The position numbers and the translations under genes were made by a program. This document shows, one piece after another, positions 27,470-40,492 of a stretch of DNA of 64,000 bases. The DNA lies in NCBI RefSeq assembly GCF_006345805.1, contig NC_042998.1, forward strand, positions 185,690,001-185,754,000. The letters are read 5' to 3'. Source of the DNA: Octopus sinensis (taxonomy: Eukaryota). Every line of letters starts with the position of its first letter. Within the stretch, counting starts at the first letter, position 1. Below the pieces are notes generated by a model, which made no database searches, had not been told where the DNA came from, and saw only the letters and a list, made by a program, of their open reading frames with translations.

Positions 27470-27798
27470 ATGGTGACCCCCTTCGGTCAGACACTGATCA
27501 TGGGTTTGCACCTAGAGAGTTACCCTCTGAGGCACAAGTCTGGGCAAGGTTGTTTTATGGAAGACCATGCATACCGGCCTCCCCTCTCCACGTCACCGAT
27601 GTTGTCCAAGGGAAAGGCAAGGGCCGATACAGCTTGGCACCTGTGACGTCGCAACTCATTTCTACAGCTGAGTGAACTGGAGCAACGGGAAATAAAGTGT
27701 CTTGCTCAAGAACACAACACGCAGCCCGGTCCGGGATTCGAGCTCACAACCTCACGATCGTAAGCCTGACGCTCTAACCACTGAGCCACGCGCCTTCA
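27470..27798 (-). mobile_element. SINE family B variant with a different tail (tail Y)
   Basis: Head and central domain as in 10599-10745, but with an unrelated 3' half. Confidence 0.85.
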
Positions 27799-28325
27799 CA
27801 TGCATGCATATATGTGTACAGGACATCATCAATGGTGCAAATAACATGGAATACGTAAACAAACTGGAGAAAAGGAGTGAAATATGTAAACAACGAGAGA
27901 AAATGGAAAACAGGTCAAGTTAACACAAAGAATTTATGTTGCTTGGTATTTTTATATACAATTTCTTTTTGTTCAAGTGCATGCCACTGGCCACTCCTAG
28001 TTATTTCAATAAGTTAAATTTAATTCAAATTATGCAAATGATCATAAGTGTGTTTCCGCTTGCTGGAGGCGAAGTTGGGCTATTTCTATGCTGATAATGC
28101 CTGTTGTAGCAGAAACACGTGTCTACAACTGCTCTCTTGTCTCCAAACAATCAGATTGTCTTTTCCTTAATGATATGTCAATTTTGTGGTATTTTAAAAT
28201 CATTTGACTGATGTGAAGTTGATCCCAATTACCACCAGACGATTATTTTATCTTCTCTAGAAACAGACGTAATTTTAATAAATAAGAAAGTTTATACATT
28301 ATTACATCTATGTAACATTAATACC

Positions 28326-28640
28326 ATGCTAATACTTGGATGTATGTGTATACATACGTTCATAAATATATATATAAACAAAGTTGAAATTTACAGAAAA
28401 ACAAAAGACGAAGACAGGTGTATAAACAACAAACAGATGTATTGGTTTAACACTCGGGAAGGTGAGAAAATCTTTAACGTTTCGAGCCTACGCTCTTCAA
28501 CAGAAAGGAACACGAGGAAATAAGCAAAGCGAGAATAAAAAAATCTTTTGGAGCTAGCGGTCAGTCATGCTGGCTGGCTGGACAGAGGTAGTTAGACAGG
28601 AGAGCTAGGAAGAAGGGGAGATAATAAAGTATTGGCGATC
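28326..28640 (-). mobile_element. PLE-type 3' repeat with variant HHR fold (CUGUUGA, 28472-28507)
   Basis: Minus strand: cttt-ctgttga-a-gagc-gtag-gctc-gaaa-cgt-t-aaag. Flanks are shared with 9320-9575. Confidence 0.7.
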
Positions 28641-29100
28641 CAAAAGATGCGCGTGCGTACACACATATACACATGTATGCTTCTCTCTCTCACATATATG
28701 TGTGTGTGTGTGTGTGCGTGCGTGTGTACGTGCGTGTGTGTGTTGGTAGCAGAGCATATGACATTTTTCACTATTATTATCTCTCACGCTTTTTTTAAAG
28801 CCCCACCCATTTTTATGAATGTTTTCTACGGATACTTCATATCGTTTATATAACACAAATAGAATATTTTGTGTACTAAACGAAGCAACAAAATTAAAAA
28901 AAAAAACAACTCAGAATGGGTGTTGAAAAAATAAAATTACACTGATCTTTATGGAGCTTATTATGAATCACTTAAGCCTGTTAAAATATTAACACTTGAT
29001 TTCAAGCGATTTAGGCAAACGTATGAAGCGAGAGTTATTTAGGAAGAGCGGGTGTCATGAATTTGACAACTTTTAGACTACATTAATAAGTGGGATCCTA

Positions 29101-29520
29101 CCTTAAATCCTTAAAAATGTTTTAGCCCGAAGGCCGCGGCCATGCTAGGGCACCACCGCTGAATGAGCTACACTAATTTGTGAATCCATCTCTGATATGT
29201 GGCACTTGATCAACAAGGGAGTTCGATGCTGCTGCCCGCATCCGCGTCTCCTGTCATGAGGTAGGTTCATCTGGGACTCCCGACAAGAAGAGATCCAGTT
29301 TAGTTTTAAAGAAACCCACATCCACACCATGTAAGTCTCTCAGGCATTTAGGGAGGATGTTGAAGAGCTGTGGTCCTCTGAAACCCAAGCTGTTGCAGTA
29401 TCTGGACCTGTATTTTTTCCAGATGTATATCACTGCATATCTTTCCCGCCTCCGCTCTAGGGAGAAGAGGTTTAATACCTTCAGTCTTTCCCAGTAGACT
29501 GAAGGTATTAAACCAAATAC
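29101..29520 (-). mobile_element. CR1-like LINE 3' remnant with internal deletion, terminal stem-loop and short tandem tail
   Basis: LKVLNLFSLERRRERYAVIYIWK..GPQLFNILP..FKTKLDLFL..VPDEP. The 3' end reads ggtggtgccctagcatggccgcggccttcgggctaaaaca. Confidence 0.8.
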
Positions 29521-30194
29521 CAAATACTTTTTGTAATAAAATATTTTGGAATTGTCAATAAATACCACAGAGAATTTCCATTAAATGAATATAGATGAAA
29601 ATTGTGATAACGAAACGTCAGTAGTTTCAACGAATTTGTACAATACTAACGACAAAGGACTTTATTGTACTCAAATAAAATAGGAAAATATGGAATGAAT
29701 TAGTATATTACTCTATCACTTTCTGAAAATTTGAAATGCTTTTGTTTCAATGTTTTGAAGATGAAATATTATTACAAATGCAAATATAGACTAATATATT
29801 TATCTCTATAAATATTTGGTGATCATTTGAAATGAAAAGAGTGTCAGAAAGTTAAAAATCTATTCACACTTGTTTTATGTTTTATGTTCTACCTACCCCC
29901 TCTTCCTATTTTCTTTATTCACACACATTGTCTTTTTCTCTCACTTCCTCTCACACTTTTCAACGTTTCGTATAACAGTCCGCCACCAAGTAATAAAGAG
30001 ATGTGAAGTTAAAGAATTTAAAACCAAAGAGAACAGCACAAACATAACTCTATTAACACATTCTCATTCTAGGCCTTAACTATTCATTAAGGGATTGCGA
30101 GACTCTTTCATTATATATGTATGTAGTTAAGTTTGTATCTATCTGTATAAAACAATGTTTGCGATATCTATCTATCTATCTATCTATCTATCTA

Positions 30195-30255
<61 letters not shown>

Positions 30256-30602
30256 ATTCTGTCTGTCTGTCAGTTTGTCTGTCGGCTTGTCTATCTCTCT
30301 GCCTGCCTGTCTGTCTGTTTGACAGTCTATCCATCCATCCATCAGTCCGACCGTTCTTCCGTCCATCTATCCATCTATCCATCCACCCATCCATCCGTCC
30401 GTGCCAACTATCCATCGATCAGACCATGGGGTGCACTGAAAATATTTGATCAAGGTTGTACAGGCAACACGTCTCATAAATTTAGGTTATCCTCATACCT
30501 GTTACACCTGTTACACGAAATTCTGAAATTCGGCTTAATAATAGCACGCACACGCACACACACACACACACAGACACACAGACACACACACACACACACA
30601 CA

Positions 30603-30633
<31 letters not shown>

Positions 30634-30885
30634 CGCACGCACACACTACGGTATGCGGACGATGACATTAATAATACATGCGCCTATGGCATACTCAGCC
30701 GTATAAACGTTAATGTAACGAATAAATTGTTTGTTTGGTTCATTGATTAAGTGAAATTCTCACCGTCGAAACCGACGGAAAATCAATTTGCTTTTATTTA
30801 TTCCTTTTGTGTGTGCATACAATAGCTCATACTACGTAGCTCGTGCTAAAAACATAAACAATTAGACCAACATACCATATACATA

Positions 30886-31917
30886 TGTAGAGGGTCCGTA
30901 CGTAAAGGAGATGGTGACAAAATGTCTCCTTTTGAACGCCGCACGGTCGCCTTAAAAAAGAAGCCAAAATAATGGATAAATGAATAAGAGTGCCGGTAAA
31001 GAATCAGAAAAACGACACAACCGATATATATATAAGAGAGAAAAGGTTTTATTCAGATGTTAACCTGTGGGTAGCAGAGCGTGTGTTCGTGTGTGCGACA
31101 AGTGTGTGTGTGTGTGTGTACGTGTGTGCATTATAAATAAGTACAAACAAGGTGTGTTCGTGAGTGCGACATAAGTGTGTGTCTGTGTGTTCGTGAGTGC
31201 GTTATAAGTGTGTACATAATAATAAAGAACAATAGAAATGAGTCTCTCAGGATGCTAGATGAATGTTCACACAAGATGTTGATAAATACCAGTTCGTTGT
31301 AAGACACACCATAGCAGAGGTTCTGTAACAGAGAGGTTGAGGCTACAAAGTGGAGAGCCGGTTGAACACATGTCGTGTAGCGGTTGTGGCTTCTATCCTA
31401 TGACGGGTTACTTGGTACAGAAAGTTCTCGCAGGTAGACTGGAGCTGTTAGCCTTGGTTAGTATTCACAAACAGCGTGAAGTTAAACCTGGACGAAATTG
31501 ATGTGTACATATTGTTGAAGTCCACGGTGGTGATGGCGACGGTGGAAAAAGTTCCTGAGATGCTGCGGTGGTGTTGGTGTCATCACTGTCTGTCGCAGGA
31601 ACATGGCTGAGTCGCTCGAACTGGCTGGTCTGTCGCTGGATGCTCTGTGGTCAATGGTCTAGGACCAAAGACGAAATGGTCTGTCGTGACTAGCCTTTAA
31701 AGGATTTAGGTGGCTCAAACAAGGCATTAGAAAAACAGCGTCATGGGACAGCGTCTGAAGGTTGCGATTGGTTGGTTTCCACATTGGCGCGAAATAAAGC
31801 AAGAGATAAAACTGCACCAAAACCAACCAATCAGAGCAGCGGACACAACTGGGCCTAAGCAACCGAAGGATGGCTGTCATCCGCTACGTCCGCATTTGTA
31901 TTGTATATCTCAGAGAG

Positions 31918-31957
<40 letters not shown>

Positions 31958-31974
31958 ATTTCACTAACGCTACA
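30886..31974 (-). mobile_element. Solo LTR (1089 bp)
   Basis: Ends TGTAG..CTACA, with a 4-bp TSD CATA at 30882-30885 and 31975-31978. Strand is inferred from a minus-strand AATAAA near 31050. Confidence 0.7.
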
Positions 31975-32514
31975 CATATATGGTTTACTCACTTTTTTTC
32001 TCTTGCTTAGTAGCCAAAAAATTCGCTGAAAGTAGTTAGATCGACCCGACTACACACACACATATACACGCACGCATGCACACACACAAACACGCACGCG
32101 CACACACGTGCTAACGTGCGCGTAAATTGTGTATGTTTGTATATATGTAAGTATACTTAGAGACTCAATTTACATACACTTTCCTGGCTTTTGTATTCTT
32201 CCTACATTGACACTGCTAGAGGAGAGTCCGATTCGCTTGCCGTCTAGTATCCTTTTTTACTCGTATCCTAGATAAAATTACCACCACATTTAATAACTTC
32301 AAACTCAACATTTGCCAATGCAGTATCGTTTCTATAGCCATTGGATCAGATACTGATTCAATAAAATCGTAAATATCTCATCCTCGGACGTTTAGCAATA
32401 TTATGTTAGCTAAATAGTTAGATCTCGGCTAGTTTTATGCTGTCTAACCCAGGCATTAAATATATTTTCTTCCTATCCATCTGAGACGACTATATGCTGA
32501 AGCATCGCATTTAG

Positions 32515-32660
32515 CCGACCAAATCGACCCAAGGTCTTACTCTTTGTAAGCCTAGTACTTATTCTATAGGTCTCTTTTGCCGAACCGCTAAGCTACGGGG
32601 ACTTAAACACACCACCATCGGTTGTCAAGCGATGTTGGGGGTACAAACACAGACACACAA

Positions 32661-32706
<46 letters not shown>

Positions 32707-32710
32707 TATA

Positions 32711-32748
<38 letters not shown>

Positions 32749-32918
32749 TATATATATATACGACGGGCTTCTTTCAGTTTCCGTGTACCAAATCCACTCA
32801 CAAAGCTTTGGTCGGCCCGAGGCTATTGTGGAAGACACTTACCCAAGGTGCCACGCAGTGGGACTGAACCCGGAACCATGTGGTTCGTAAGCAAGCTACT
32901 TACCACACAGCCACTCCT
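32515..32918 (-). mobile_element. SINE family C lacking its 3' tip
   Basis: Colinear with 7494-7914. Confidence 0.8.
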
Positions 32919-34399
32919 CACATTCTGAAGTTCATAGACACAAAACCCCTAAATTCTTAATTCGAAGATGTACTGCAGCAGAATACATGGAAAGCACTAG
33001 AGGAATTGAAAGCATCAATACCACCAAAGCCAATTGATAAGTTGGCAAGGAAGTTTTGTGAATCGCACATCATTCAGACTCCTAAATTACAGCAGAATCT
33101 TGTGTTCCTTTGCTAAAAGGATTTACCAAGTGTAATTTTTGCAGAATTCTTTAACTGCCTTTTCGTTTTATAGTTAATTTAAATGCCCTCACATTCACTG
33201 TCCGCTTCACTCCCTACAATACCATACAAGCTCACTCTATTCCTTTTCTCTGCCTCACCACATGTACGCAATTATTAAAATCGAAAATACATCCTGGAAG
33301 TTGCATTTCAAAAGTTTTGTGACATTTGTAGTTCTTTAATTCTCCTTCAAAAAAACATCTGCTCCCCAAAACTATCTGGCTGCATCCCTCCTCCTCCTCC
33401 TCTCTATTTTTCTCTTCCTGTCATCCATCTCATTTTTCATTTCTTGTACCAAACACTTCAACAATTCCTCCATCCCAGAACTCCAACTCTCATGAATTCA
33501 CTACGTGGTCATTTTTTTCTTGAAAACACTAACTTACAAATTCTGAACGCTTGTCGAATCAATCTAACCAGTATCGAAGAACCTGCAAAAATCATCGGCG
33601 TCTTTTCCTTTGATAATCTTACATAAAAAATATGAACACCCATTTCTCTCTTTCTTCCCCCCGCTTTCATTCCCAACTATGCAAGGGGAAAAGAAACCAT
33701 GTAAGACCTAGACTGGGATTCAAAGATTCTGCAAAAAGGAATTGATCATAATAAATGGCAAACTCTAGCAAAAAAACGACCAGCATGGAGAAAGCGGATC
33801 TAGTTAAACTGATTCATAAAATCAGCTCCCTTTAATTTTGCTCAGATTGCTTTCAGTTTGAGTGTATCGATGCAACTTTGAATTTTGATTACGATCAACC
33901 AATTATTTTATCTCGTAAATTAAAGAATCTAATGTTAATAATGGGTAATTTAGGTAATTTTAGCCAATCAACAGACAGCGAGGCATTAACAGCTTGTTAC
34001 CATGAAAACCGCACGTTGTGTTGTGTTGATTCTTCACACCACGAGATTTACTTCACCCGCGTGTTTTATTTTAATAAAAATTTATTTTATCAATTAGAAA
34101 TTTATTATAGATATTTTGCATCAATTCTCCTAATATTTTACATATTTTTCATATATATTTTACATATATTGGTGAAGTTTTTCTCTGTTACCCAGGTCAG
34201 GCCAGAATGAGTCATTCTGTATTTTTAATAAAGATGCAGGACAATATTATTTGATCATATCTTTAATTGTGGCTAGCTGAAACAGTCTTCTATAGACTTA
34301 TTATATACGAATAGTTGATGTTAAACACACGCCAAATACGAAAATTAATCTTTGCATTTATTCTGTCAACAACGCTCGAATTTAGATCACAAAGCATAA

Positions 34400-34545
34400 C
34401 GAAAATATTAAAATGTGGCTTGATAGATTCTTCAAGTGATTTCTACCATCAAGATATTGGCAAGCTTGTGGAACATGTACAAGTTATGAACAATGAAAGA
34501 GAATATATTATTTCGCTGATAGTCCATTCCGCTGCAAAATAATCT
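34400..34545 (+). pseudogene. Mariner transposase C-terminal remnant
   Basis: DFYHQDIGKLVEH..NNEREYI resembles FY..GI.KL..RW....GEY. Confidence 0.5.
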
Positions 34546-35649
34546 CAAAAATTTGAATGCAGAACAAGCTGAGAAAACAATAAACATCAGTTGTTTACAA
34601 ACTTGTACTCATTGATTGCTCAGTTACAATTGGATCGACTGAACATTGAATAATTAAATAAAATTTCTATGAAGACAGTTCGTTTACTGTCACTGTACCA
34701 GGAGAACCTAATCTGTGCTCAGAAAAATATTACTGAAAAAGAACAGGTCATTTCACTGACGCTAAACTATAAATACACAGTTTTTTTCGATTTTTAAACC
34801 TCTAATTTTTTCCTCCGATCTTTTCTCCACATCATACTTTTATAGTAATAAGAGTGGAAAACTACATTAATATAGCCGATTTTTAGATTTTTTTTACTGC
34901 CTTTTAAAAAATGCAAATTTTGTGAATCAGTTTAACTAGATCCGAGAAAGCTTATCAAGTCATGCAAACGACTAACTGCGAGTAATGTGCCTCGACCTCA
35001 AAATTAAAAATAAGAAAGTTTAAATTAAAGCATGTACGGTAAAATTATTTTTCCTTCACATTCTATGCTATTTATACTGTGCTCTTGTCCTATATTCTAT
35101 CGACAGCTGGTTCATATATTATGTGACCTTAGTCGATAATTTAAACTCTTTAAGCTTTTGTTATTCTGTATAAAGTCCTCGCGTGCGCACAGTGAGAGAG
35201 AGAAAGAGAGAGAGAGAGATGGGGAGAGAGAGAGGGAGAGAGAGAGATGGGGAGAGAGAGATGGGGAGAGAGAATAACATGTGTACGTAATTCAAGCTGA
35301 TAAGTGACTCTGTACTACTAATGACATAAAGTTTATAAATTCCTTCATGATTTTTCTTTTTCATTCTAAAGCATGCTGATAACCTGAATTATTGTTTTAT
35401 AGCAGTTGTCTCGTCTTTTAAGCAGCCCTAATCAAGCAAAATCATGGTCAAAGGTGATCTTGTTGTAATTATTGTATAAACTTAACCAATTTTTTCCTTT
35501 TATTTATCTATTTATATAAAATCGGTAGGATTTGTTTTGCGTTTGATTTGCTGTTGTGTCTAGTAGGTCGAGGATGGGTTATTCGACTGCTGAGAATCAC
35601 TTATGGTAAAGGGACCGAATAACCCACTGATACAGTTCAATATTTATAT

Positions 35650-35871
35650 CTGTTTCTTTATTGCTCACAAGGGGATAAACATAGAGGGGACAGACAGACG
35701 GATTAAGTCGATTACATCGACCCCAGTGCGTAACTGGTACTTGATTTATCGACCCCGAAAGGATGAAAGGCAAAGTCGACCTCGGCGGAATTTGAACTCG
35801 GAACGTAACGGCAGACGAAATACGGCTACGCATTTCGCCCGGCGTGCTAACGTTTCTGCCAGCTCGCCGCC
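35650..35871 (-). mobile_element. SINE family A
   Basis: Full head and body. Confidence 0.85.
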
Positions 35872-36279
35872 TTAACCAGCTCGCCATATCCGAGATATTT
35901 AACATTTAGTGGCATCGCCTATCTTATGACAAGCAGTTTCCTTTCCTCCCAAACCGGGATGGGTTGGCATGTTGAACACTGTGCAAGTAAATGAGTAATT
36001 CGTTAATTTATAGTGTCAACTCCTATTACAAAAAAACTTCAATTTAATTGATATCAGTTACTAATGTTGTTGATTTTCAACATCATAATATAAGGGTTAT
36101 TACATTAATAGATGTTTACTATTGATTAAATGTCTAGTTAATGTTAAAATATTTTTTCGGACTTTAATCTCAACTTTTGGGTGTACTTTTTGTAGTATTT
36201 ATATTTACACCGTGTTTCGACTGGTTTAATCCCCGATCGTTGTAGATCTGGCTAGGCATATTATACCAGGCTAGGAATC

Positions 36280-37133
36280 TTTATTTCTAAAAATGGAATA
36301 CTGGTCGAGCGACGTCCGGGTATTCTTTAAAGATAGTACTGTGACGGGTTGTCGTTGTTTGTAAAATAGTTGGGCAGACTGTGGCCATACGAGCGGTTAT
36401 ACCGCGCACAGTGAGCTGAGTGGTGTTGTCAACAAGTCTTCTGTGCTTGATGTCTACAAGGAGACCGAAATGATGAAGAAATCGGCTCCTAAAATAGAGA
36501 TCGGCAGTTTGGCAATGACGAATACCCACTAGAAGAGGCTGCGTAGTCTTAAGTTTAGTGTTAGGGACTGTTTACCGTAGGTTGGAATCGGTGAGTGGCT
36601 GACTGCCTGAAGGCAGACTGGTGTCTCTTTTCTGTTGCCTGAAGTGCAGTAAACAGGGATTATGCTGACTTCCGTGCCGGTGTCAACAAGGAAACACATG
36701 CTTGTTACACGATCGCAGACGTAAAATAGGCAACATTGTGAGTGAGAGCGAGGAACTTCCATCGCGTTCAGTTCTTGGCTGAGTCGTTTCCCGAGGGCAC
36801 TCGCGCTTCGTGATCGCCTACCAAATCGACGCGTTCGGTTATTACTTCGATGGGGGATACCAAACGATAGGGCTTGTACCTGCTCTGTCAGGGCCTATAT
36901 CTGTGATGCCCGCTGCACCACCAATGCATGCAAGTCAGAAATTTCCGAAACACTGGACGACGAAAGGAAAGGATTGGTGGAAAGAATCGCTGCCTGGAAT
37001 GCCATGTTGACCGTGGATGAGTTCACCGCTGGGTTGTGTTCCGGTAGAGACATAACGACTAATGGCAGCAATTTTTCAGTTCTGATTTAGTGATGTGTGA
37101 TATGAAGGCTGTCATTCTTCGTCGGGGTCACCA
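36280..37133 (-). mobile_element. Ty3/gypsy internal remnant (leader and protease region, gag largely deleted) with tRNA-Trp PBS
   Basis: PBS TGGTGACCCCGACG at 37133-37120; FLVDTGTEVSIIP. Homologous to 59040-60570. Confidence 0.8.
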
Positions 37134-38634
37134 AATCTAGCGAGAATGTGTAGCAAATGAAGAAAAGCGTGTTGGACGACATCAAAGGAAAATAATAAGG
37201 AAAGCATCGGAATAGTTTAAATAATCTATTTGATCAACACTTGCATTTACGCGTTAGTACACAAAGTTTGATTTACAAAATCAATGAAGTTACCAACTGC
37301 TTCGAGTTGGCGAAGTAAAAATCAACAGGAGAAATAGTATGTCGATGTGATGAGATAGTACACGGCATATTTTGTATGTGTGTGTGCGTTGGTCATTTGG
37401 TCGGGTCGTGTTTTTTCCAGTTCTGTCTGTTTGTGTTCTGCGACTGCTACTGTGTTGTACCGCCGGTCACTGCTTCCTCACTTACAACTCTGATGTTCCT
37501 GGAAAAGGCATGTAATTTAACAACTTCCTAATCCTGATAAAATAGTAGACCCCTATACGAATAAACTTGCTTAAAGCTAGGAAGGAAAAGAAATAAAAGA
37601 AATCCTACAAACATCCACGTTATTAACAGAGTTTTTGTTATTATCTTTAATATTTTCCACATCAGATTTAACCCATAATACAGTTTAAAGTTGTAAACAG
37701 AAGTTAATAGGAGAAACATTAGCTTGGGCGTTTAATTATTTCTTCAAGTAGTTTACAGTCGCAAGTAACATGCCAAGAATATTTAATTGTAGTTATAATT
37801 TATTGTCTAAGGAATAAAAGCATGTCTCAGTACAACATAATACGGTCGCTCTACATATTATTTTCAAACTGAAAGGTGAGTAATAAAAAAGAGGTATACA
37901 TTACAATATTGTCAAAGAGGTGTTAAGGTTGTAGAAGCAAGTTTGTATTCATACATAAGTTATTTCTCAACCAATTCCCGCCCGTCCGGACTTCATCAAC
38001 AATGTACAAGTATAATATATAAAAACATAATATATAAAAGAACCAGTTAAACTTGACATGGAAACTAGCCAAATAGGTTTATTCTAATAGCGTCAAACAA
38101 ACGACTTGGTGACCGTCGAGGTTTGTTTGGCTACGACATACTTTGAAAGTAAGTAGGACACAAATTAAACAATGCAAATTACACTGAGAACATACTGGCG
38201 GTTAGCAGGAGGGAGTAGATAGAACCATATGGCCCTTGTAACTGAAAAATCGATCAGGAATTAGAAGCAATGGAATTCAGGACCCTTTCGTTCGACCACC
38301 ACTCAACTAATTTCAATTTTAAAAATATCCGGTCGAATATATTTTGTCCCATCCGGGGATCAACTAAAGATAATTTCAGTTAATCGATTTAGTTGATTCT
38401 ACATCTCACTCTCGGCAACAGCGATTTAGTATCGACTCATATAAACTCTGTTTTATAATTAATTTGGTTTCTTTATTAATGAAAAAATGTTTAATATAGG
38501 CACAGGTCTTCATATTTTTGAGGCCTCATATTAAATCAACCTCAGTCAGTGTTTGAACACGAACTTGTTTATCGATCCTATAATAATGATAGAGCGGTGT
38601 TGTGACAGTAAACGAACTAGAACTCAGAACTAAA

Positions 38635-39073
38635 GGATCTTTTCGGTTTGAACGGCAGTTTTTTAAAATAATTTCCACATAACTAAACACTTTTAAACTT
38701 CGTATACTGGTAGAATGTGTTTATAAAACATCTTTTTCTCTTGGCTTTATTGAGAAAATTCTATAGTTTGTAAGATATTTGTTGTTTTTTTTCTTCAGTT
38801 TCCGCAATTTCAACCAATCAATGACGTCTATTGAGGTGAAAACATTCTGTGCCGTATGAATATGTCCCTCGTTTAAGAAAGAGATTGGGTTTATTTACAT
38901 TTCTGAAGAAAAAAATAGATAACCTCCCTCACCCCTAACCCTAACTAACCCTAACTCTAACCCTGACCCTAAAACTGATTGAAATGCAATAGCTCGATAC
39001 TAGGGTCATAATTATGGGTGACAATTTCATATGACACCGCTAGAAAAAACTGCCGTTCAAACCGAAAAGATCC
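38635..39073. mobile_element. MITE family H (about 28-bp TIRs beginning GGATC, 8-bp TSD), Merlin-like
   Basis: TIR ggatcttttcggtttgaacggcagtttt and its inverse. TSD gaactaaa at 38627-38634 and 39074-39081. Confidence 0.85.
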
Positions 39074-39460
39074 GAACTAAATCCCAAGCCAGCAGTATTT
39101 AGTTTTGTCCCTCTATACCCTGAGTTTAAATCCAGTCAGTGTAAAAATTCGCTCAAATAAAATAAGTACAAGCCATGCAATGACGAATATTCAACTGACT
39201 CTTATAGGCCTCTGAAGAGTTCACCGTACAGCACAATCTATATGCTTGTATGACTTCTCCTATTTCTCTTTCGTCCTTGCTTTAAGTTAGCATCTTGTCA
39301 TAGGAGCCAAACATTTTAAGAGCTCACCACACAACATAATCTGTCACCATAAATGATCAACTTGCTAGGGCATCTTTTCACCACAAACAACACACAGCAG
39401 AAGAGGCTGATCCTCGCTGCCAGTCCAATGAAACCCAAACCTTAAATAGCTGTTGCAATA

Positions 39461-39648
39461 TTATTTACATTATTTACATTTGACGGATATTTGTCCTCAT
39501 CTTGTTTGTTGTTAACACAACGTTTCGGCTGATATACTCTCCAGCCTCCATCAGGTGTCTTGGGGGAAATTTCGAACATGGGTTCTCATTCCTAAGGTAT
39601 TTAACGATGTTGTTGTTGTTGTTATCATCATCATCATCATCATCATCA

Positions 39649-39713
<65 letters not shown>

Positions 39714-40069
39714 TAGTTTTATTTTTATAGCGTGCTTTCACTTCACTACCGAGCGCAGCTCTGTGTGCCTTGGGTATGTGCTGTGATTTGTTGTGATGCT
39801 CTGATGGTTATTGTATGGAAAGTGTTCTGCGTAGGATGTGTGCAGTGCCTAGTAGTGCAATTTTCTGTGTTATATGTGTTTGTAAGTCCTGGTGTTTTTG
39901 TTATGTATTTGTCTGAATATTTTTTTATCATGCCTAATGCACCTACTATGATAGGAATTGTTTCTGTTTTCAGGTTCCACATTCTAGTTATCTCTATTTC
40001 CAGGTCTTTGTATTTTGAGAGTTTCTCTATTTCTTTTAGAGACACGTTGTCATCTGCCGGTATTGATAC

Positions 40070-40103
<34 letters not shown>

Positions 40104-40200
40104 ATTATTATTATTGTTATTATTATCATTATTCAGGTCACTGCCTCGAATCGAACCCGGAATGTTGGGGTTAGTAGCCCTCGCTTTTAATCACTACGCC

Positions 40201-40203
<3 letters not shown>
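39461..40203 (-). mobile_element. SINE D copy split by an R4/Dong 3' fragment; HHR-like fold at 39514-39559
   Basis: Head at 40130-40203, then (aat)n, the insertion, (aat)n(gat)n, and the tail at 39461-39600. Confidence 0.85.
39711..40069 (-). mobile_element. R4/Dong 3' fragment (endonuclease end and 3' UTR)
   Basis: VSIPADDNVSLKEIEKLSKYKDLEIEITRMWNLKTETIPIIVGALGMIKK, homologous to 22420-22600 but from a different family. Confidence 0.85.
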
Positions 40204-40244
<41 letters not shown>

Positions 40245-40326
40245 TAATAATAATAACAACAACAACAACAATAACAATGTTAGTGATGGTGTTAATACGA
40301 GAGGTATTTCTTAAGGGTTTCTTCTT

Positions 40327-40402
<76 letters not shown>

Positions 40403-40404
40403 TA

Positions 40405-40492
40405 TTACTATTATTCAGGTCACTACTTGGAATCGAACTCGGAATCTTGGGGTTAGTAGCCCGCGCTCTTAACCACTATGCCATATGCCCGT
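40405..40492 (-). mobile_element. SINE D head, with a plus-strand tail fragment abutting it at 40493-40527
   Basis: A-box TGGCATAGTGG and B-box GTTCGATTCC on the minus strand. Confidence 0.8.

Noticed and set aside
27472-27482. tggtgacccc as a third PBS
   Set aside because: It is the terminus of a SINE B tail on the opposite strand, with no LTR or gag context.
26599-27675. Long ORFs of MYVC/HTYI repeats (also 51057-51396, 54427-55120, 47834-48466, 19183-19916 and the poly-I/L/N ORFs)
   Set aside because: They are translations of microsatellites that lack stops in some frames; there is no coding signal.
32940-33700. Possible decayed L1-like coding remnant
   Set aside because: No diagnostic motif could be read in any frame.
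40405-40492. tRNA-like sequences at SINE heads as functional tRNA genes
   Set aside because: A/B boxes are present, but acceptor stems are not closed and each continues into a SINE body.
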